Assembly: GCA_902528215.1 (NCBI GenBank)
Contig: CABZRR010000001.1
Coordinates: 128,620 to 192,619 of the forward strand
Direction: 5' to 3'
Origin: an uncultured SAR86 cluster bacterium
GTDB lineage: Bacteria > Pseudomonadota > Gammaproteobacteria > Magnimaribacterales > D2472
DNA: 64,000 nucleotides
Position 1 is the first letter of the stretch; every line of letters begins with the position of its first letter. The translations under genes and the position numbers were made by a program. Below, piece after piece: positions 19,155-32,087 of this stretch. Below the pieces are notes generated by a model that had not been told where the DNA came from, made no database searches, and worked only from the letters and a program-made list of their open reading frames with translations.

Positions 19155-20270
19155 ATGAAAATAAATTCATTCACGCCGCCAAATAGGATTTTAATGGGTC
19201 CAGGTCCATCTGACGTTTGTGACAGAGTTTTGGAAGCTATGGCTAGACCAACTATTGGTCATCTAGATCCTATTTTTATAAAAATGATGGATGAAACAAA
19301 ACAGTTACTTCAATATGCATTTCAAACACAGAATGAGTTAACTTTTGCCTTATCGGCTCCTGGTATGGCAGGTATGGAATCTTGCTTTGCAAATCTTGTT
19401 GAGCCTGATGACAAAGTAATTATTGCTAAAAATGGGTTCTTTGGCGAAAGAATGAAGGAAAATGTCGAACGATTTGGTGGAATACCCATAGTTATTGATG
19501 ATGAATGGGGAACAAAAGTAGACTTAAATAAAATTGAATCAGCATTAAATGAACACAAGGATGCAAAAATTGTTGCTTCAGTTCATGCTGAAACCTCTAC
19601 TGGGGCTCTTACAGATCCAGAATCAATTACAAAATTAGCACATGACCATGGATGTTTATCAATTGTAGATACTGTAACTGGTTTGGCTGGAGTTCCTTTA
19701 AAGGTAGATGAATGGGGAATTGACGCAATTTATTCTGGTACACAGAAGTGTTTGTCCGCTTCTCCTGGTTTATCGCCAATTAGTTTTAGTGATGATGCAA
19801 GAGAAAAGATTAAGAATAGAAAATCAAAAGTGAAGAGTTGGTTTCATGATTTAAACTTAATCATGTCATATTGGGAAGGGGAAGGTGGCCGATCTTATCA
19901 TCATACTGCACCAATAAATTCATTATATGGACTGCATGAAGCCTTGATAATGTTAAGTGAAGAAGGCCTAGAAAATTCATGGAAAAGACATAAAAAAAAC
20001 CATCTTCATCTCCGAGAGGGCTTAGAAAAATTAAATATAGAATTTTTAGTAAAAGAAGAGGACCGATTGCCTCAGTTAAATGCTATCTATATTCCTGATG
20101 GTGTAAATGATCTTGAATCAAGACAAAGACTTTTAAACGAATTTAATCTCGAAATTGGAGCTGGTCTCGGAGTTCTTGCAGGAAAAGTTTGGCGCATTGG
20201 ACTTATGGGACAATCTTCCAATAAAAAGAATATTGAATATTGTTTAAACTCTCTTGCGGAAGTAATTTAA
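19155..20270 (+). CDS. Class V aminotransferase (alanine-glyoxylate / serine-pyruvate aminotransferase family)
   Basis: 371 aa. PLP-lysine context YSGTQKCL and family-typical GPGPS and HAETSTG motifs. Confidence 0.8.
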   Translation: MKINSFTPPNRILMGPGPSDVCDRVLEAMARPTIGHLDPIFIKMMDETKQLLQYAFQTQNELTFALSAPGMAGMESCFANLVEPDDKVIIAKNGFFGERMKENVERFGGIPIVIDDEWGTKVDLNKIESALNEHKDAKIVASVHAETSTGALTDPESITKLAHDHGCLSIVDTVTGLAGVPLKVDEWGIDAIYSGTQKCLSASPGLSPISFSDDAREKIKNRKSKVKSWFHDLNLIMSYWEGEGGRSYHHTAPINSLYGLHEALIMLSEEGLENSWKRHKKNHLHLREGLEKLNIEFLVKEEDRLPQLNAIYIPDGVNDLESRQRLLNEFNLEIGAGLGVLAGKVWRIGLMGQSSNKKNIEYCLNSLAEVI

Positions 20271-20427
20271 AAATTATAAAGCCGCCCTCTTCCAATCACT
20301 GTTCATACCTGGTTTAAATTTAACAGAGTCTCATTAACCAAATTCACTTTATCGATATATTTTTGTAAATAGAAGATTACCAATTAAGTCGGAATTAACT
20401 GTAATTTTTTAATTTAATTTGAATCTT

Positions 20428-21078
20428 CTAGTTAATCTGATTTCCATTAAAGTCGTACTCCTCGATCACCCTAAGTATAGTTCCGTTTTGATATTCTATT
20501 TTTGACTTAAGTTGTCCGTTTTGATGGTATGTCACAGATATACCATGTAATTCTTCCTTATTGTTATATACTTCCTTCGTTGCTATTTGACCGTTGTCAA
20601 AATATGAAAATGCTGTAAGAGTAACGGTCACACCATTTTTAACATTTTCTTTCCAGCTTACTTGACCATATTCATAGCCAATCCATTCACCCTCGTCAAC
20701 ACCATTAACTCTATTTCCTTCCATGGATGGAAAGCCTTCCATAAACTCAATATATTTTCCGTGCTCAAGTCCATTTTTATATCCAGTCTTGAATGAAAAT
20801 AAAGTCCCACAGCCCTCATATGCCTCAAAAGGGCCATGAAGAAGCCCCCTTTTGTATGACCCTGCCTCTAATGCACAAAATCCATATTCATCCTCATAGG
20901 TTACAAATCTTCCAGAAAATGGAGTATTAGTATTTACCTGATATTTCAAACCCTGTCTTTCAACAAGTGATGACGAATTTATAGATTTATCCGCATACAT
21001 GATATACAAGGCTTCATTAGCCTGTATATTTAGACTTAAAGAAACAAATAAAAATGCGTTTCTTAAAAGTATCTTCAT
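20428..21078 (-). CDS. Secreted MORN-repeat-variant protein (YwqK-like)
   Basis: Signal peptide plus repeated G.....Y..NG / YKNGLEHGKY units. Confidence 0.55.
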   Translation of the reverse strand: MKILLRNAFLFVSLSLNIQANEALYIMYADKSINSSSLVERQGLKYQVNTNTPFSGRFVTYEDEYGFCALEAGSYKRGLLHGPFEAYEGCGTLFSFKTGYKNGLEHGKYIEFMEGFPSMEGNRVNGVDEGEWIGYEYGQVSWKENVKNGVTVTLTAFSYFDNGQIATKEVYNNKEELHGISVTYHQNGQLKSKIEYQNGTILRVIEEYDFNGNQIN

Positions 21079-21142
21079 ATTTTACTCACACAACTTAATA
21101 GTACTATTATCCATTTTAACGCTATCTTTGAAATATTTAAAA

Positions 21143-21163
21143 TTATTCCGCCGTGACTGACTT
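21143..21163 (-). repeat. glmS-terminus repeat copy G4 (degenerate: tccgccgtgactgac)
   Basis: In glmS orientation it reads AAG TCA GTC ACG GCG GAA TAA = KSVTAE-stop, compared with KSVTVE-stop in glmS. Codon usage differs but the peptide and the stop position are kept. Confidence 0.7.
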
Positions 21164-21249
21164 GAATGAAACAGAGAATTAGATTTATTATCCTGAAATC
21201 CTTTGTGAAAACTCTGATATAACTTTATATATTTCTGTTCCAATTTAAA

Positions 21250-21669
21250 TTATATTTCGAAATTATTTAGTTGCTCTAAGGGGTCTTTTCCAAATCTGTT
21301 ATCTCCATCAGTTCCCTTTGAACAGTACCATATAAGTAAAGGAATCATTCCTATGATGGTAAATATTATTAAGTACCACCAACCTGACTTGTCAACGTCA
21401 TGAAGTCTTCTTATGACTAGACATGTTGAAGCAATAATAATAAAAATTTGCACTGGCAACATTACAATTGCAAGCACAATATCCATTGCGGTTTCTGAAA
21501 ATCCTGCAGTTACAGATAAAAAACCAATTACAAGACCAACAATAAGTCCCACAGGAAAACTTGCTAAAGTTACAAAGAGAGTTGCCCACCAATATTCTGA
21601 TCTACTTGATCTGCTTCTAAAATCATTCCATTTTAAAAAATATGATTTAACTGCCTGTGTAAAATTCAT
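21250..21669 (-). CDS. DUF805 family inner-membrane protein
   Basis: RSSRSEYWW and RRLHDVDKSGWWYLI motifs typical of DUF805 (YhaH/YhaI-like). Confidence 0.75.
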   Translation of the reverse strand: MNFTQAVKSYFLKWNDFRSRSSRSEYWWATLFVTLASFPVGLIVGLVIGFLSVTAGFSETAMDIVLAIVMLPVQIFIIIASTCLVIRRLHDVDKSGWWYLIIFTIIGMIPLLIWYCSKGTDGDNRFGKDPLEQLNNFEI

Positions 21670-21704
21670 AAAAATTCTCCTATTTAATTATCTGTTTTGT
21701 TCTT

Positions 21705-21721
21705 CTCCACCGTAACGAAGT
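21705..21721 (-). repeat. glmS-terminus repeat copy G3 (ctccaccgtaacgaagt)
   Basis: Exact 17-mer shared with copy G1. It reads FVTVE followed by K, so the stop is lost. Confidence 0.85.
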
Positions 21722-21766
21722 GTATAAAGGTGTCTACTTATTGGTTTATGAAATTTAATCAAAAAA

Positions 21767-21934
21767 TCAAGGTGCTTCTTTCTCATTATTTTTAATGTAA
21801 ATTTTTCCAAAAATGGCAAATAAACCAAATAAACCAATTAACCACCATTTATAGTCACCTGCATTTAATAAAATAATCGTTACTATTGCTGCACCCCAAA
21901 ATGGTGAATGGAGAATTTGAATTAATTGCCTCAT
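21767..21934 (-). CDS. Small ORF, 55-aa two-helix membrane peptide (hypothetical)
   Basis: Hand-translated: MRQLIQILHSPFWGAAIVTIILLNAGDYKWWLIGLFGLFAIFGKIYIKNNEKEAP. It is below the ORF-track size cutoff. It is the only ORF between repeat copies G2 and G3. Confidence 0.3.
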   Translation of the reverse strand: MRQLIQILHSPFWGAAIVTIILLNAGDYKWWLIGLFGLFAIFGKIYIKNNEKEAP

Positions 21935-21954
21935 TTTTAATTAGACACCTTTAT

Positions 21955-21973
21955 CTACTCCACCGTCACTGAG
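21955..21973 (-). repeat. glmS-terminus repeat copy G2 (cta ctccaccgtcactgag)
   Basis: Reads TCA GTG ACG GTG GAG TAG = SVTVE-stop. This is identical in peptide and stop position to the glmS end but uses different Ser and Val codons. Confidence 0.85.
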
Positions 21974-21992
21974 TAGATTTCTTTGGTGCATT

Positions 21993-22151
21993 TTATTCTT
22001 CCTCTTCAAGTCTACTCCTTCTCTCATCAAGCACCTCTCCTTCAAACTTCCAATTTAAAGGTCCAGCAATTGTTTTCCAATTAAATCCCATTCTATTTGT
22101 TGCAATTAATGCTGCACTAGACAAAGAGTGATCATCATTAAGATTGCTCAT
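21993..22151 (-). CDS. Small ORF, 52-aa acidic-tailed peptide (hypothetical)
   Basis: Hand-translated: MSNLNDDHSLSSAALIATNRMGFNWKTIAGPLNWKFEGEVLDERRSRLEEEE. It is preceded by AGGAGA 8 nt upstream of the ATG. Confidence 0.3.
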   Translation of the reverse strand: MSNLNDDHSLSSAALIATNRMGFNWKTIAGPLNWKFEGEVLDERRSRLEEEE

Positions 22152-22190
22152 TTTGAAATTCTCCTAAATCGTATTTCCAATAAATAAACT

Positions 22191-22898
22191 TTATTTCAAT
22201 AATCCAAATATTTCTGCGGCATCTCTATTAAGAGACCATCCTGAAGATTGAGAGCAGTAACTCATGGTGCGTTTATATAAAAATTCCCCGTCTGTGTTAT
22301 TTAACATCTTTTTCATATAGGAAAGAAGTCGGTCATCTTTTCTAGCACAAGAAATATCATATCTTGAAGAATAGGAATAAGGAGCATGAAACATTAATTT
22401 TCCTCCCTCCGTCATCGATCTGTAATAACCCCCAAGATATGCGGTTGCGCAAGATGAATAACACTCGGCAGTACCTACTAAACGTGTTTTTACCTGCTCA
22501 TCTCTAAATAAACTACCTAACTTGTAACCATCTTCCATGTAACCCCCACCAGAGTTCATGTAAACAATTATTGCTAATCTTATACCGTCAGTATTACGAC
22601 ATCTATTAGGTGAGTCTTCAATTCTATTTAATAGTCTTTCTATTATAAATGGTGTGTCCGGGTTTATTGGACCACTCATTTCAATATGATCGTCATGTTG
22701 AGATCTGTTTTGACAATCTGTTGAATCTATTTGTCTGACGTGTCGAATTTTTAAATTGCTTACTTCTATATTAGAAATTATTTCGTATTTTCCAGAAGTT
22801 AAGTATGAATTAGTACCCAATATATAGTGTTTTGCATAAAGTTCGTTAGCAAAAGAAAAGAAAAGAATGCATGTTAGAAGATATTTATTCATTATCAT
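22191..22898 (-). CDS. Secreted ClpP/SppA-fold-like periplasmic protein (COG3904-like)
   Basis: Signal peptide. The segment VYMNSGGGYMEDGYKLGSLFRDEQVKTRLVGTAECYSSCATAYLGGYYRSM..KLMFHAPY follows the S.GG....lG..iR.....T.v....C.SAC...f.gG..R pattern of that family. Confidence 0.45.
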   Translation of the reverse strand: MIMNKYLLTCILFFSFANELYAKHYILGTNSYLTSGKYEIISNIEVSNLKIRHVRQIDSTDCQNRSQHDDHIEMSGPINPDTPFIIERLLNRIEDSPNRCRNTDGIRLAIIVYMNSGGGYMEDGYKLGSLFRDEQVKTRLVGTAECYSSCATAYLGGYYRSMTEGGKLMFHAPYSYSSRYDISCARKDDRLLSYMKKMLNNTDGEFLYKRTMSYCSQSSGWSLNRDAAEIFGLLK

Positions 22899-22907
22899 AT
22901 TTTAACC

Positions 22908-23141
22908 TTAATTAATCCTAAACTTTGTGATTACTTTAGTATAGGTCTTATTTCTTAATGAAATTCTTTCCTTTCTTTCTTGCATTCTTTTGACATTGCC
23001 ATGAACTTTGGAATTAGACCAAATTTTGTTTGTGTGAGTTTTTATACCAGACCGGTTTAGAAAATCTGAAATTCTTCGATATCCCATGCCTTCTTTGTGC
23101 ATGAACTGGATCAATTTATGAATAGCAATTTGTCTGTTAGT
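22908..23141 (-). pseudogene. Remnant of a serine-recombinase (Recombinase-domain fragment, catalytic N-terminus missing)
   Basis: The stop-to-stop frame TNRQIAIHKLIQFMHKEGMGYRRISDFLNRSGIKTHTNKIWSNSKVHGNV... matches the (v..if.ly.eG.s...Ia..LN..Gi.t.....W....v..il) segment of large serine recombinases. No resolvase catalytic domain and no canonical ATG are present. Confidence 0.45.
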
Positions 23142-23230
23142 TAGTTGTTTAAGAGGTATTAATTTGTTAGTTCTATGAATTAGAGTGAATTCAATAGTTA
23201 TTTTCTGCCGAATTAATGCACCATTCGAAA

Positions 23231-23250
23231 TTACTCCACCGTAACGAAGT
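23231..23250 (-). repeat. glmS-terminus repeat copy G1 (tta ctccaccgtaacgaagt)
   Basis: Reads TTC GTT ACG GTG GAG TAA = FVTVE-stop. It shares 12 nt (ctccaccgtaac) with the true glmS end and 17 nt with copy G3. Confidence 0.85.
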
Positions 23251-23281
23251 TGAATTGGTTGTACCTGTTTTCTTCATTTAG

Positions 23282-24211
23282 TTAACCCTTGAATCCAATC
23301 CAAAACTTTTCAACATAATTATTATCAATTGATAATTTAAGTTCTTCTGTGAATTTATTATTTATTCCTTTCTTTTTCAAAGTTTTAAATAATTTTATGT
23401 TTCTGGTCTTTAGTCTCTCTATCAACTTTTTATTTGGTAATCTATTACTCTTGGAACTATTTTCATTGGGTAATACATATACCAAATTCCACAAGTCATC
23501 TGAATACATATAAGACCATGGAATAACATGATCTATTGAAGGAGTTCCTGAGATTTTTTTTCCAGTCAAAAAACACTCCTTCTTTGGATTTTCTTCGTCA
23601 ATAAATTTTCGAAATTTGTTCAGGTTTCCTCGTTTAGGAAATTGATCTCTATCAACCCCTTTTATTTTTTTTGAAATTCTTGGGGATCCATCCATAGTTT
23701 CTAATTCTTGTGTCCATCGATAATTGATTGAGTTATATAAAATTTCTGAATAAGTTTTTAGAACTCTAGGGTTAATTAATTTTATCTCTCTTTTAGTGAG
23801 GTCATAGTCATAAATTTTGTGTGTTCTACCTCCAAGATTTAAAAATCTTTTACAAACGTCTTTCTTTAAGACTGAACTTATTTTTGTAAACGGGATATCT
23901 ATTTCATTTTCTATTCTTATAAAAGTTTCTTTTTTGAAACCTCTTGATAATTGGTATTCCTTAATTGAATTTTCAACAATTTGTATGATCTCTGGTTTCT
24001 TATTTCTGTTGTGACTTTGATTTAGATTAAAAAATATACACTGATTCCAATAATACTTAAAAATCAATCTTGATAACTCATCAAAATGAATATTTTTTTT
24101 TGGAGATTTTTCACAAGATTCTACAATAGACCTTATCCAAGACATTTTATATGTATTGTCCATTGACCCGTTATTTATCAGATCTAAAACATCTTTTAGA
24201 TAAGGATTCAT
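23282..24211 (-). CDS. HNH endonuclease-domain protein with uncharacterised N-terminal domain
   Basis: C-terminal HNH core PSIDHVIPWSYMYSDDLWNLVYVLPNENSSKSNRLP. The roughly 220-aa N-terminal region (DNTYKMSWIRSIVESC...) was not recognised. The start overlaps the HIT stop (TAATG). Confidence 0.7.
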   Translation of the reverse strand: MNPYLKDVLDLINNGSMDNTYKMSWIRSIVESCEKSPKKNIHFDELSRLIFKYYWNQCIFFNLNQSHNRNKKPEIIQIVENSIKEYQLSRGFKKETFIRIENEIDIPFTKISSVLKKDVCKRFLNLGGRTHKIYDYDLTKREIKLINPRVLKTYSEILYNSINYRWTQELETMDGSPRISKKIKGVDRDQFPKRGNLNKFRKFIDEENPKKECFLTGKKISGTPSIDHVIPWSYMYSDDLWNLVYVLPNENSSKSNRLPNKKLIERLKTRNIKLFKTLKKKGINNKFTEELKLSIDNNYVEKFWIGFKG

Positions 24212-24591
24212 TAATATTTTTGTTTAGTGGGAATAACTCCTCTCACTCCACCTGTTGGATCTTCAACATCATTATGGTATCTCGGGATAATATGTATGTG
24301 TAAGTGATCAACTGTCTGACCACTTACCTCTCCACAATTTATTCCAATATTGAATCCGGGGGGATCAAATTTTTTTACCAAAAATTCTTTTGTTTGAAAA
24401 AGGAGACGGTTGAGTCCAATAACTTCATCGTCAGTTGAATCAAAATAGTTTGAATAAACTCTGTGAGGAACAACGAGACAATGACCTTCACTTACTGGAA
24501 ATTTGTCGAAAATAACAAAACCTGAAGAATTTTCAAAAATACGTTCTCTATTATCTAAAAATGGACTTATAAAATTTCCAGAATTACTCAC
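24211..24591 (-). CDS. HIT (histidine triad) family nucleotide hydrolase/transferase
   Basis: Histidine triad HLHIHIIPR and EGHCLVVP motifs. GTG start 30 nt downstream of the glmS stop. Confidence 0.8.
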   Translation of the reverse strand: MSNSGNFISPFLDNRERIFENSSGFVIFDKFPVSEGHCLVVPHRVYSNYFDSTDDEVIGLNRLLFQTKEFLVKKFDPPGFNIGINCGEVSGQTVDHLHIHIIPRYHNDVEDPTGGVRGVIPTKQKY

Positions 24592-24621
24592 AACTTACCG
24601 TTTTAACTGGTACAACCAAAT

Positions 24622-26448
<1,827 letters not shown>

Positions 26449-26449
26449 A

Positions 26450-27802
26450 CTATTTCTTTTTTTTTGCCCAATCTTCTTTGATAACTTGTTTACCTCGACC
26501 TACAGCCAAAGCATTGTCGGGAACGTCTTTTGTAATTACAGAGCCGGCTCCTACATAAGCACCTTTACCAATATTGACTGGTGCAACTAAGGAAGAGTTT
26601 GTACCAATGAAACTATCTTCACCGATAGTAGTTTTATGTTTATCGGTACCATCGTAATTGCATGTAATGGTTCCGGCGCCAACATTAGTTTTATCGCCAA
26701 TGTTTGCATCGCCTAAGTAAGAAAAATGATTGGCTTTGACGCCATTTCCGAGTTTAGTTTTTTTGGTCTCGACAAAATTACCAATTTTTGCATTATTGCC
26801 TATCTCTGAGCCCTCCCTAATGCGGGCATATGGGCCAATGTTGCAATTCGAACCAATAGATGCTGATGAAAGATGGCTAAATGATTCTATGATCGAATTA
26901 TCTCCAATGAAGACATCTTGTAAAACAACATTTGATTTAATTGTAACGTTATTGCCAAAGGTAACATGGCCTTCCAAAATAACATTGACATCAATAGAAC
27001 AATCTTTTCCTGCAACGACTTTGCCACGAACGTCAACACGAGTTTTATCAATAAGTGTTACTCCTTGTTCTAATAATTTTTCAGCGCTCATTTTTCTTAA
27101 AATTAATTCTAGCTCATGTAATTCATGCTTATTGTTTGCACCCAACACTTCTTCAGGATTTGCTTGAGTACATTTTATTTTAACTCCTTTTCCAGAAAGT
27201 ATCTCCACCAAGTCTGTAAGATAATATTCGTTAGCTGAATTTTGGTTCTTAATTTCTTCTAATGCAGGTCTAAGCAAACTTCCATCAATTAATAAAATAC
27301 CTGTAAAAACCTCTTCAATTTTAAGTTCGTCTTCTGATGCATCTTTTTGCTCTACAATTTTTAAAGCTAAGTTTTGCCCATTTGTAATCACCCTGCCGTA
27401 GCCAGTTGGGTCATTTAATTGCATGGTTAAGAGCGTGCACTCGTGTCCAGAATTTATAAGTCGCTCTATAGTTTTGGAGCTAATCAATGGAACATCGCCA
27501 TACAAAATTAATATTTTTTCATCATCCTTAATCAAATGCGAAGCCATTTTAACTGCATGTGCTGTTCCCAGCTGATCATCTTGATCTGATGTCTTTATAT
27601 TAGGATCGATGTTTGCAATGTGTGTTTTTAAGGTATTTTTTTTATAACCGACAACAATAGTTATATTTTCACTATTCTCTTTTGCAGTTTGAATAACATG
27701 CGAAATTAAAGTTTGTCCCCCAAGGGGTTGCATAACCTTTGGCAAATTAGTGTTCATTCGAGTGCCCTGACCAGCCGCAAGAATAATAGTATGAATATTC
27801 AA
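26450..27802 (-). CDS. glmU: Bifunctional UDP-N-acetylglucosamine pyrophosphorylase / GlcN-1-P acetyltransferase
   Basis: 450 aa. N-terminal ILAAGQGTRM, C-terminal left-handed beta-helix hexapeptide repeats, and synteny atpC-glmU-glmS. Confidence 0.95.
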   Translation of the reverse strand: MNIHTIILAAGQGTRMNTNLPKVMQPLGGQTLISHVIQTAKENSENITIVVGYKKNTLKTHIANIDPNIKTSDQDDQLGTAHAVKMASHLIKDDEKILILYGDVPLISSKTIERLINSGHECTLLTMQLNDPTGYGRVITNGQNLALKIVEQKDASEDELKIEEVFTGILLIDGSLLRPALEEIKNQNSANEYYLTDLVEILSGKGVKIKCTQANPEEVLGANNKHELHELELILRKMSAEKLLEQGVTLIDKTRVDVRGKVVAGKDCSIDVNVILEGHVTFGNNVTIKSNVVLQDVFIGDNSIIESFSHLSSASIGSNCNIGPYARIREGSEIGNNAKIGNFVETKKTKLGNGVKANHFSYLGDANIGDKTNVGAGTITCNYDGTDKHKTTIGEDSFIGTNSSLVAPVNIGKGAYVGAGSVITKDVPDNALAVGRGKQVIKEDWAKKKK

Positions 27803-27834
27803 AACAAATACGAATTAATATAGATACAAGTACC

Positions 27835-28248
27835 TTACTTGTTTTTTCTTAATTTTTGAATGGTTTTGATTCTAGCGGCAGCTTCAGCTAGTTGTGCAGC
27901 TGCTTTGGTGTAATCTAATTCTGACTCTTTGTCTTGCATGTTTTTTTCGGCAAGTTCCTGAGATTTAATGGCTTCAGCCTCATCCATGGATTCAGCTCGT
28001 TCAGCTGTATCAGACAAAAATGTCACCAAATCAGGCTGTATTTCAATAAATCCACCTGAGCAAAAAAAGGTTTTTTCATCATCGCCATTTTGAACTCTCA
28101 CAGGCCCTGGAGCAAGGCCGGTTAGAAGAGGCGTGTGCCCTGGTGCAATGCCTATTTCACCCAAGGATCCGGTTGCAAAGACCATAGTGCCTTCACCAGA
28201 GTAAATTTCCTCACTTGACGAAACTATGCTGACTTTAATAGTGGACAT
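27835..28248 (-). CDS. atpC: F0F1 ATP synthase subunit epsilon
   Basis: 137 aa, in the position after atpD, with typical sequence. Confidence 0.9.
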   Translation of the reverse strand: MSTIKVSIVSSSEEIYSGEGTMVFATGSLGEIGIAPGHTPLLTGLAPGPVRVQNGDDEKTFFCSGGFIEIQPDLVTFLSDTAERAESMDEAEAIKSQELAEKNMQDKESELDYTKAAAQLAEAAARIKTIQKLRKNK

Positions 28249-28251
28249 TAA

Positions 28252-30523
<2,272 letters not shown>

Positions 30524-30533
30524 TGCTTGTCAA

Positions 30534-32078
30534 TTAAAATGTTTGGGTTTTTTTAAATTGTTCAACAGTCTCAGTGAATTGTTTTTCAATATCATCATTC
30601 CAGTCCCCTGTATCATTAATGCTCTTTTCGAGGTCTGCTTTTTCAGACGAAAAGTAGCCATGCAATGCTTCTTCAAATCTGCCAATCTTTTCGACCTCAA
30701 CATCATCCATGTAACCTCTATCAGCAGCAAAAATACTCAATGATTGTTGAGCTATGCTCATTGGAGAATATTGTTTTTGCTTTATAAGCTCGGTAATTCT
30801 AATGCCTCTTGCAAGCTGAGCTTTGGTTGCATCGTCTAGATCAGACGCAAATTGAGAAAAAGCTGCGAGTTCTCTATATTGAGCTAATGCAGTTCTTACG
30901 CCTCCGCTTAGTTTTTTCATAATCTTGGTTTGGGCTGCTCCACCTACCCTAGAAACAGAAATACCCGGATTAATAGCAGGCCTTATACCTGAATTAAAGA
31001 GGTCAGTTTCTAAGAAAATTTGGCCATCTGTAATTGAAATAACATTTGTTGGAACAAAGGCTGACACATCCCCTGCTTGTGTTTCGATAATCGGAAGTGC
31101 GGTTAAAGATCCAGTTTTTCCTTTCACCTTTCCTTTGGTAATTGTTTCTACATAATCTGCATTCACCCTAGCGGCTCTTTCTAGCAATCTTGAGTGAAGA
31201 TAAAAAACATCTCCTGGGTAGGCCTCCCTTCCTGGGGGTCTCTTTAAAAGCAAAGATACCTGCCTATATGCAACGGCTTGTTTAGAGAGGTCATCATACA
31301 CAATTAATGCGTCTTCACCTTTATCCCTAAAATATTCACCCATTGAACAACCTGAGTAGGCAGAAAGATATTGCATAGGTGCGGGATCAGATGCTGATGC
31401 TGAGACAATAATTGTATGTTCTAAGGCTCCATGTTCCTCAAGCTTTTTAACAACATTAACCACGGTTGATTGTTTTTGGCCAATAGCAACATATATACAT
31501 TTGATACCAGTTCCTTTCTGATTGATGATTGCATCAACCGCAACAGCAGTCTTGCCGGTTTGTCTATCACCAATAATTAGCTCTCTTTGACCACGACCAA
31601 TTGGTACCATTGCATCAACTGCTTTTAAACCAATTTGAACAGGTTGATCAACTGACTGTCTTGCAATCACACCAGGGGCTACAACTTCTACTGGAGCAGT
31701 CATCTTTGTTTTAATTTCTCCCTTACCATCAATAGGGCTGCCCAAAGCATCTACCACTCTTCCTAATAACTCTTCACCCACTGGAACCTCTAAAATTCTT
31801 CCAGTGCAAACAGCTTTTTGGCCTTCGATTAGTCCCAAATAATCTCCTAAAACCACTGCTCCAACAGAATCTTGCTCGAGGTTAAGCGCCAATCCAAGAA
31901 CACCATTTTCAAACTCTATTAGCTCACCATACATGACGTCGCCCATACCGTGAATTCTCACAATCCCGTCTGAAACGCTAACGATAATACCTTCATTTTT
32001 CCTTTCTGCAGAAAGATCAAGACCTGAAATTTTTTCCTTTAGTACGCTGGAAATTTCTGATGGATTAAGTTGGCTCAT
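30534..32078 (-). CDS. atpA: F0F1 ATP synthase subunit alpha
   Basis: 514 aa with Walker A GDRQTGKT. Confidence 0.97.
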   Translation of the reverse strand: MSQLNPSEISSVLKEKISGLDLSAERKNEGIIVSVSDGIVRIHGMGDVMYGELIEFENGVLGLALNLEQDSVGAVVLGDYLGLIEGQKAVCTGRILEVPVGEELLGRVVDALGSPIDGKGEIKTKMTAPVEVVAPGVIARQSVDQPVQIGLKAVDAMVPIGRGQRELIIGDRQTGKTAVAVDAIINQKGTGIKCIYVAIGQKQSTVVNVVKKLEEHGALEHTIIVSASASDPAPMQYLSAYSGCSMGEYFRDKGEDALIVYDDLSKQAVAYRQVSLLLKRPPGREAYPGDVFYLHSRLLERAARVNADYVETITKGKVKGKTGSLTALPIIETQAGDVSAFVPTNVISITDGQIFLETDLFNSGIRPAINPGISVSRVGGAAQTKIMKKLSGGVRTALAQYRELAAFSQFASDLDDATKAQLARGIRITELIKQKQYSPMSIAQQSLSIFAADRGYMDDVEVEKIGRFEEALHGYFSSEKADLEKSINDTGDWNDDIEKQFTETVEQFKKTQTF

Positions 32079-32087
32079 TTTTTCACC

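Noticed and set aside
21398-21715. Two alternative ORFs overlapping the DUF805 gene
   Set aside because: The DUF805 frame carries family motifs. The overlapping frames give Cys/Asn-rich or low-complexity translations typical of off-frame reading.
26730-27167. 145-aa plus-strand ORF inside glmU, and similar ORFs across the atp, par, mnm and trk genes
   Set aside because: All lie antisense or out of frame within well-supported conserved genes. Examples are 24792-25085, 29327-29527, 29845-30120, 30250-30743, 30925-31155, 34207-34548, 34722-35057, 35569-35751, 36288-36479, 37015-37221, 38853-39110, 39672-39872, 40568-40750, 43892-44164, 44972-45166, 46091-46604, 49280-49560, 52455-53522, 55607-55816, 56531-56713, 57132-57314, 57454-57906, 58510-58701, 59084-59287, 59923-60399, 60777-60986 and 63246-63437. 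They are judged spurious.
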